A stretch of 64,000 nucleotides of DNA from the human T2T-CHM13v2.0 reference genome, Homo sapiens, in NCBI RefSeq assembly GCF_009914755.1, contig NC_060940.1. The stretch is one strand, 5' to 3'. Under the pieces are notes generated by a model that was not told the origin of the DNA, ran no database searches, and saw nothing but the letters and a program-made list of their open reading frames with translations. This document shows, in pieces, positions 58,671 to 64,000 of the stretch; within the stretch, counting starts at the first letter, position 1, and every line of letters begins with the position of its first letter. The translations under genes were made by a program, and so were the position numbers.

Positions 58671-60522
58671 CTCACTGAAATCCCTGGTGAAGCCATCCAG
58701 CAGAGTAAATGAGGACATCAGCAAATGCTGGGTGCTCTCAGCCTCACACAAACCAGAGAAACATCCATTAGAAAGCACAAATTAGACCATCTTGCTCTCT
58801 TCTGTGGATTCCCTATTTATAGAGTGCCCAGTGGATGCTATTTCTAACTTAAGCTAGGAGGTTTTCTTTGAAAGTTTCAATCTGCAACTTAAAAGCAAAG
58901 CAAGAGAATAAAAGAGCTGGGAGTGCACTTCACTAAATGCGGTTCTGAAATCTAAGAGCAAGGAGGCAGGGGGAGAGACATGATCATCTTATTAGTGTAG
59001 AAGGATAAAGATGATCAGAGAGGGATGCTCCATTATTTATAGGAATCCGGTTCTTTTCTATACACTTCACTGAGGCATTTGATATATTTGTGCTGGAGAT
59101 TAACACTGATGTTATTTTCTTTAATGTCTGTTTTTAGTGTATGCGGTGCATGTTGGCATTCAGGAAATTCAGCCAGAGGAGAAAAACAATAGTATTAATT
59201 AGGAATGTCAGTCATGGGTGTTATGAAATTCAAAACTGCCAAGTTTCTGGAGCATTTAGTGGTAATTATAATAGACTGTAGAGACAAGCTGTTCTTCGTT
59301 TCCTATACAGAAATGCACAGTTTGATGGGCAAGTGATCAAAGTGCTAATGCAAACCCTTCTGAAAGGGGTGCCTCTCTCACCCTGTTATTTTAGGAGCTA
59401 ATGCTTTTGCTAATTCAGAGCTGCCCAGAGAGAGGAGACTATCCAGTGAATATAAGGCCCCTTGTCTTTTTATAATTTAAAATGACTATTCAAATTATAT
59501 CTCCATCCAAGTTGCAGTGTGAGCTGGGGGTTGAAGGATGCCACCTATCAGCCTTGCAGAATATTTAGATTTAAATCAGAGCCATAGCTTTTTCCAGGTA
59601 GAGTCACACTTATAATCAGTTTTCTCTCAAAGTGATGAAGAATAAAAGCCTGTCCTATGTTCTTCAGGTAACCCAGTTAAATGGGTGGAGAGATTTGCAT
59701 CTTTGAGAATTGGAAAAAAAGGGGTGCAACTTTCTTGGACTTGCCTGGGTTGCTGGTTAGAGGTTTATGTCTCTTGGTATGTTTTAGAGTCATTCTCTCA
59801 GTCTGGGGGCAGGCAGTGGATCAGGTAGAATGGCAGGGATGGAAGGATTCCATCCTCAGTACCCTAATGTATTATATTCTCTTAGGTGAGCTTCATAGTG
59901 GCCCTTTGGAACTGTCTGGGCAGATGCCTACCTCTCTGATGAGTAAAATGAATTACAGATCAATAAACCTGCCCCAGGTTATTCTGATGCCATGTGTCAG
60001 GAGGGCTCTTGACTTCATGCCTGGTGCTGTCTCTAGTGCTTCCCACCATTTCTGCACCTCTTCAGTGCCCTCCTGCTCCAGGGCCTTTGCACATCCTAGT
60101 CTTCATTTCTGCTATGCTGAACCTTTGAAGGCTGGCTTTGGGTGCACCTCATTCTTTAAGGACAAGCACACCCCTCCAGACCCTAGCAAGGACCCAACTG
60201 TGGAAACAGTAAGTGCGCCACGTTCTCTGTAAGATTTTCATTTGAAGAAAACAAAACAACCCACAAAGAGTTAAGTCGTATTTTCCAGGAAAAGGCAGAG
60301 CAGTGGGAGATGAAGACTCATCCATCTCTGATTTTTTTTCTTTTATAACCACCACCTCCATTAGCTGGAGATAATGATGTCAAGAGGAAAAAACTTTAGC
60401 GGTTGTTGGTTTGCCTGTAATTTGTGTGGCTCACAAGCAGCCCAGCTAAATTCAGTGGTTTCTGATGGTCCTACCTAGACCAGAGAAATAAGAGAGGGAT
60501 GATCAGAAATCCTTCACCGTAG

Positions 60523-60548
60523 GTGTGTGTGTGTGTGTGTGTGTGTGT
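60523..60548. repeat. (GT)13 microsatellite
   Basis: Read directly from the sequence. Confidence 0.95.
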
Positions 60549-61704
60549 CTGGGTTTTCATTTTTAATAATTAATAGTAGTTCATTCTCCATCCTGAACTT
60601 TTTCAGAAATAATTAGGGAGCTTGGGGTTGGGTCAGTAATTGCTCAGAAATGTGCTTGGCTGCAGAGAAGCCTCCACTCTGGGGTGGGTGAGATGGTGGA
60701 AGCGCCTCCACCCCCTTCCAGCGGTTTGGAAGTATGTCTAGCGGCATCTCTGCATCCTTTGGAAAAGCAGGGCACGCATTTTCCTGCTGACACACACAAG
60801 CCTTATAATTTAGCATTAGAAAAGAAAAATGGTTTTGAACAAGAAAATATATTTAGAGCTCATTATTCAAGTAGAAGTCACAGAGAAGGGGCAAGGACGG
60901 AGCCAGTCAACAAGAAGCAACCCACATTACAGGGTCAGAAGGAAGCCTGTGCCTGGCACCCAGGAGCCAGGCAGGAAGCAGGTTCCAAGGTCGACAGGGT
61001 TGATATCAAGGTCACACCTCAGTAAAGAAGGTGCATGAAGCTATCTTCTCTCAGAGGGAACCCATCCTGAAGGCTCTGTCCAGAACTACTTCTGTGGATT
61101 TCCTTCCTCTCTCTGGCTTTCAGCACAGGTCATCTCACAGTCCATTTCCATGTTCAAGCCTCAGCAGGGTCTCGCTTGGCACCTAAAGGTTGACGTCAGT
61201 GTCACTGAGGCCAGACCTGGTTGTTCTGTCAAGTGGAAGGGGCTCCATGGAGGGCAACTATCTCCATTCAGTGAAGTTCATGTCTATCTTTGGGGGAAGC
61301 CCACATTGCAGTTCTTTTCCATCTTTGACTTGCATTTCTTCTCTCCTTCTCTAGCTACTTATTGTGGCATCCCTCCTGTCTGTATCCACACCTTTTCTCT
61401 TCTACCTTACAAATACGTATACACATGGCAGTGCATCACTGTAATTCTTGGCCTCATTGTAGGCCTTGTGGCTCTTTCCGATGTTGTCTAAGACTCATTA
61501 GCATTTCCCAGCTTAGCATTTTGCCTGCATCATCTGCTTCAGCCTTCAGCTTTTCTCTTCTGCATCAAGGCTGGTTACAAAACCGAAAGGGGGAATGAGG
61601 AAGCCCCATGGGTCTTGATGCATCCAGGGGAGAGGAAAGATAACAAGTGCTTCTGTGTGTGACAGGGACTATGCCAGTTGCTTTATAAATACCATGTTGC
61701 CATT

Positions 61705-61980
61705 GAATCATTCATTCTTGGTTGTCCATCCTCTATGTAGTATTGTTCTAGGAGGTGATTCTACAGCAAAAGACACAGCAGATATAAGCCCTGTCTTCAT
61801 TGTTCTTAGGGTCTAGAAGTGGGGCATGTAATTAAGAAGAAATTACAGGTATAACAAATGTTATTCTGGAAGGAGCATAGGGTATTCTGAAAATCTTTTA
61901 AAGCAATTGAATTTAACCTGATTTAGGGTTCAGAGAAGCTGTTTCTGAGTAACAAAGACTTGAAGGATGAATATGACTTT
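61705..61980 (-). mobile_element. L2 fragment
   Basis: aatcattcattc...ttgttctaggaggtg...gccctgtcttcattgttcttagggtctag...aaagacttgaaggatgaat. Confidence 0.62.
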
Positions 61981-62270
61981 TATTTCCTATGTAATCTCCA
62001 CTTTCCTCTACAATGGGTAAAATATTCATGTCTGTTTGCAAGTGGGGGAGCTGAAGTTTAGTGAGGTAGGGGTAACATGCCCGGGCGCAGGTTGATAGTG
62101 ACAGGGCCAGGACTCAGTCTCACGTTTGACTCCAGAATCTATGGGACTCTTCTCTCACATATCAGAAAGTCTTGACAAAGGAACTTACAGAGCAAAGGTA
62201 GACAGAAGGCTTCCTGGCAGAGCCCAGGTTCTGTTTGTTTAGAATTGGAAGCATCTCATAGAACATAGTA

Positions 62271-62335
62271 TTGGGTTAGTGCCAAAGTTATTGTGGGTTT
62301 TGCCATTACTTTTAATTATTTTTGCACCAACCTAA
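62271..62335. mobile_element. MADE1 (Hsmar1-derived MITE), internally deleted
   Basis: TA|ttgggttagtgccaaagttattg...aattatttttgcaccaacctaa|TA. Confidence 0.88.
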
Positions 62336-62518
62336 TACGTGGCGAATGCATGGACGTTGGAGAAAGGTTTTGATTCAAGTTCTATTTGGTGATTTTCACA
62401 GATTTGTAACTTCAGATGAGCCACTTTTCCTTCCCTATGGTGAAAATCTGTTGGACAGATTCAGATATATAATGCTGGTCTGGCGCACGTAGTACGTTAT
62501 GTAAAAATAGCACATTGT

Positions 62519-62812
62519 GGCTGAATATGGTGGGTGGCTCAAGTCTGTAATCCCAGCACTTTGGAAGGCTGAGGCAGGAGGATTGCTCGATCCCAGGAGT
62601 TTGAAACCAGCCTGGACAACACAGCAAAACCGCGTCTCTCCGAAAAATTTTAAAAAATTAGCCAGCCATGGTGGTGTATGCCTGTAGTTCCAACTACTTG
62701 GAGCCTGAGGTGGGAGGATTGCTTGAGCCCAAGAGGTCAAGGCTGCAGTGAGCTGTGATTGCACCAGTACTCTCCAGCCTGGGCAAAAGATAGAGACCCT
62801 GTCTCAAAAAAA
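62519..62812 (+). mobile_element. AluJ-type SINE followed by a (TA)/(CA)-rich tract to about 62913
   Basis: gggaggattgcttgagccc and gtcaaggctgcagtgagctgtgattgc. Confidence 0.93.
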
Positions 62813-63654
62813 GTGTGTGTATAGATATGAATATACACTGTATATATACATCCACATGCACATGCATGTACTCACGCACACACACACACACGCACACCCA
62901 CCCACACACACATAGAAAGAGAGTGAAAACACATTTTTGGGTTGTAAGGAACAGAAGAAGGGATGAACCAGCCCAGGAAGCTCTCCTCTTTGGGAGAGAC
63001 CATTTACTACTGATCATTTCTAGACTTTGGGCTAAGCACATTGGTGCTTGAAAAGAGAGAAGCATCCCTGGGTTTTCAGCCAGGCGGCCACAGATGTGAA
63101 CAATAGAGAACTCAGCTCACGTGCCCAGTGGGAAGAAGACAATTGCTCCCCAAACACAGCTGCCTCTTTCTCAATTGGACCCAACTTGGCCAGATAATGG
63201 AAACACAGAAAACAAGGCATGGGGAAAACGAGCTGTTTATGTTTAAACATGGCAACGGAGCCTCAACACTGAGCCTTCTTGGATGGCTTCCGCGTGTCAT
63301 CGTGCAGCCCGTGTGGCTGCTGGGCCCAGCCTATGGATTTGCAAGGCTGTGCTGGAGCCCATCTGTCAGGGAGGGATAGATGATTAATAGCATCTGTTCT
63401 AGTCATCCACTCTCCTTGTGGATGGTATGTGGAGACATGCTGCTCCTCTCCATTCTCCTCTGGCAGCTCCTGGAAGTTGCAGCAGACATTGCTTTGAAAT
63501 AAAGATGAGGGGCACAGAGCTCCTCCTGCTGGATGTGGTTTGGGGTAATGAGCTCTCATTTGGGGGAACATAATTTTCTGGGTTATGAAGACTCAATGGG
63601 CTAAGTCTTTTGTCTATAATTAGGTTATTAGAGGGATCATTTAAAAAAAGAAGG

Positions 63655-63925
63655 CATCGCATGTTCTCAGTCATAAGTGGAAGTTGAATAATGAGAACAC
63701 ATGGACATGGTGATCGGGAGGGAACGTCGCACACCAGGGCCTGCTGGGGCATTGAGGGGCAGGGGGAGGGAGAGCATTAGGACAAATACCTAATTCAAGC
63801 AGGGCTTAAAACCTAGATGATGGGTTGATAGGTGTAGCAAACCACCATGGCACATGTATACCTGTGCGACAAACCTGCACGTTCTGGTATTCCAGAACTT
63901 AAAGTGAAATAAAAAAAAAAAATAA
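63655..63925 (+). mobile_element. 5'-truncated L1PA8-type 3' UTR with poly-A
   Basis: gcatgttctcagtcataagtgg...ggcttaaaacctagatgatgggttgatagg...agaacttaaagt then A tail. Confidence 0.9.
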
Positions 63926-64000
63926 AGGAAAACATCACACCTTTTTACCCACCCATTTGTGTATCCATTCATCTATACTTGCATCTATCACTTATTAAGG

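Overview
Primate (very probably human) non-coding genomic DNA. It is CpG-depleted and repeat-rich: about 32 Alu copies (J, S and Y types), L1PA/PB/MA/MB fragments, many MIR and L2 relics, MaLR LTRs (MLT1), and DNA-transposon fossils (MER2, MER5A, MER20, MER58A, MER63, MER102, MER113, a Charlie element, MADE1). It also holds a 39-bp minisatellite and several microsatellites. I recognise no protein-coding gene, tRNA, rRNA or CRISPR array; the long ORFs in the track come from Alu, low-complexity or tandem-repeat sequence. The window reads like a large intron or gene desert containing AT-rich, repeat-free, enhancer-like blocks, but I cannot name the locus. I do not see a new biological system. The best leads are: (1) a ~170-bp piece of neighbouring DNA apparently copied into a MIR (local templated insertion); (2) two candidate minus-strand exons with strong splice signals that would join in frame; (3) a minisatellite with higher-order structure; (4) two clear and one possible 5'-inverted (twin-primed) L1 insertions; (5) two strong CTCF-like motifs. 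Repeat family and subfamily names are from recalled consensus sequences, not a RepeatMasker run, and boundaries of old repeats are approximate.
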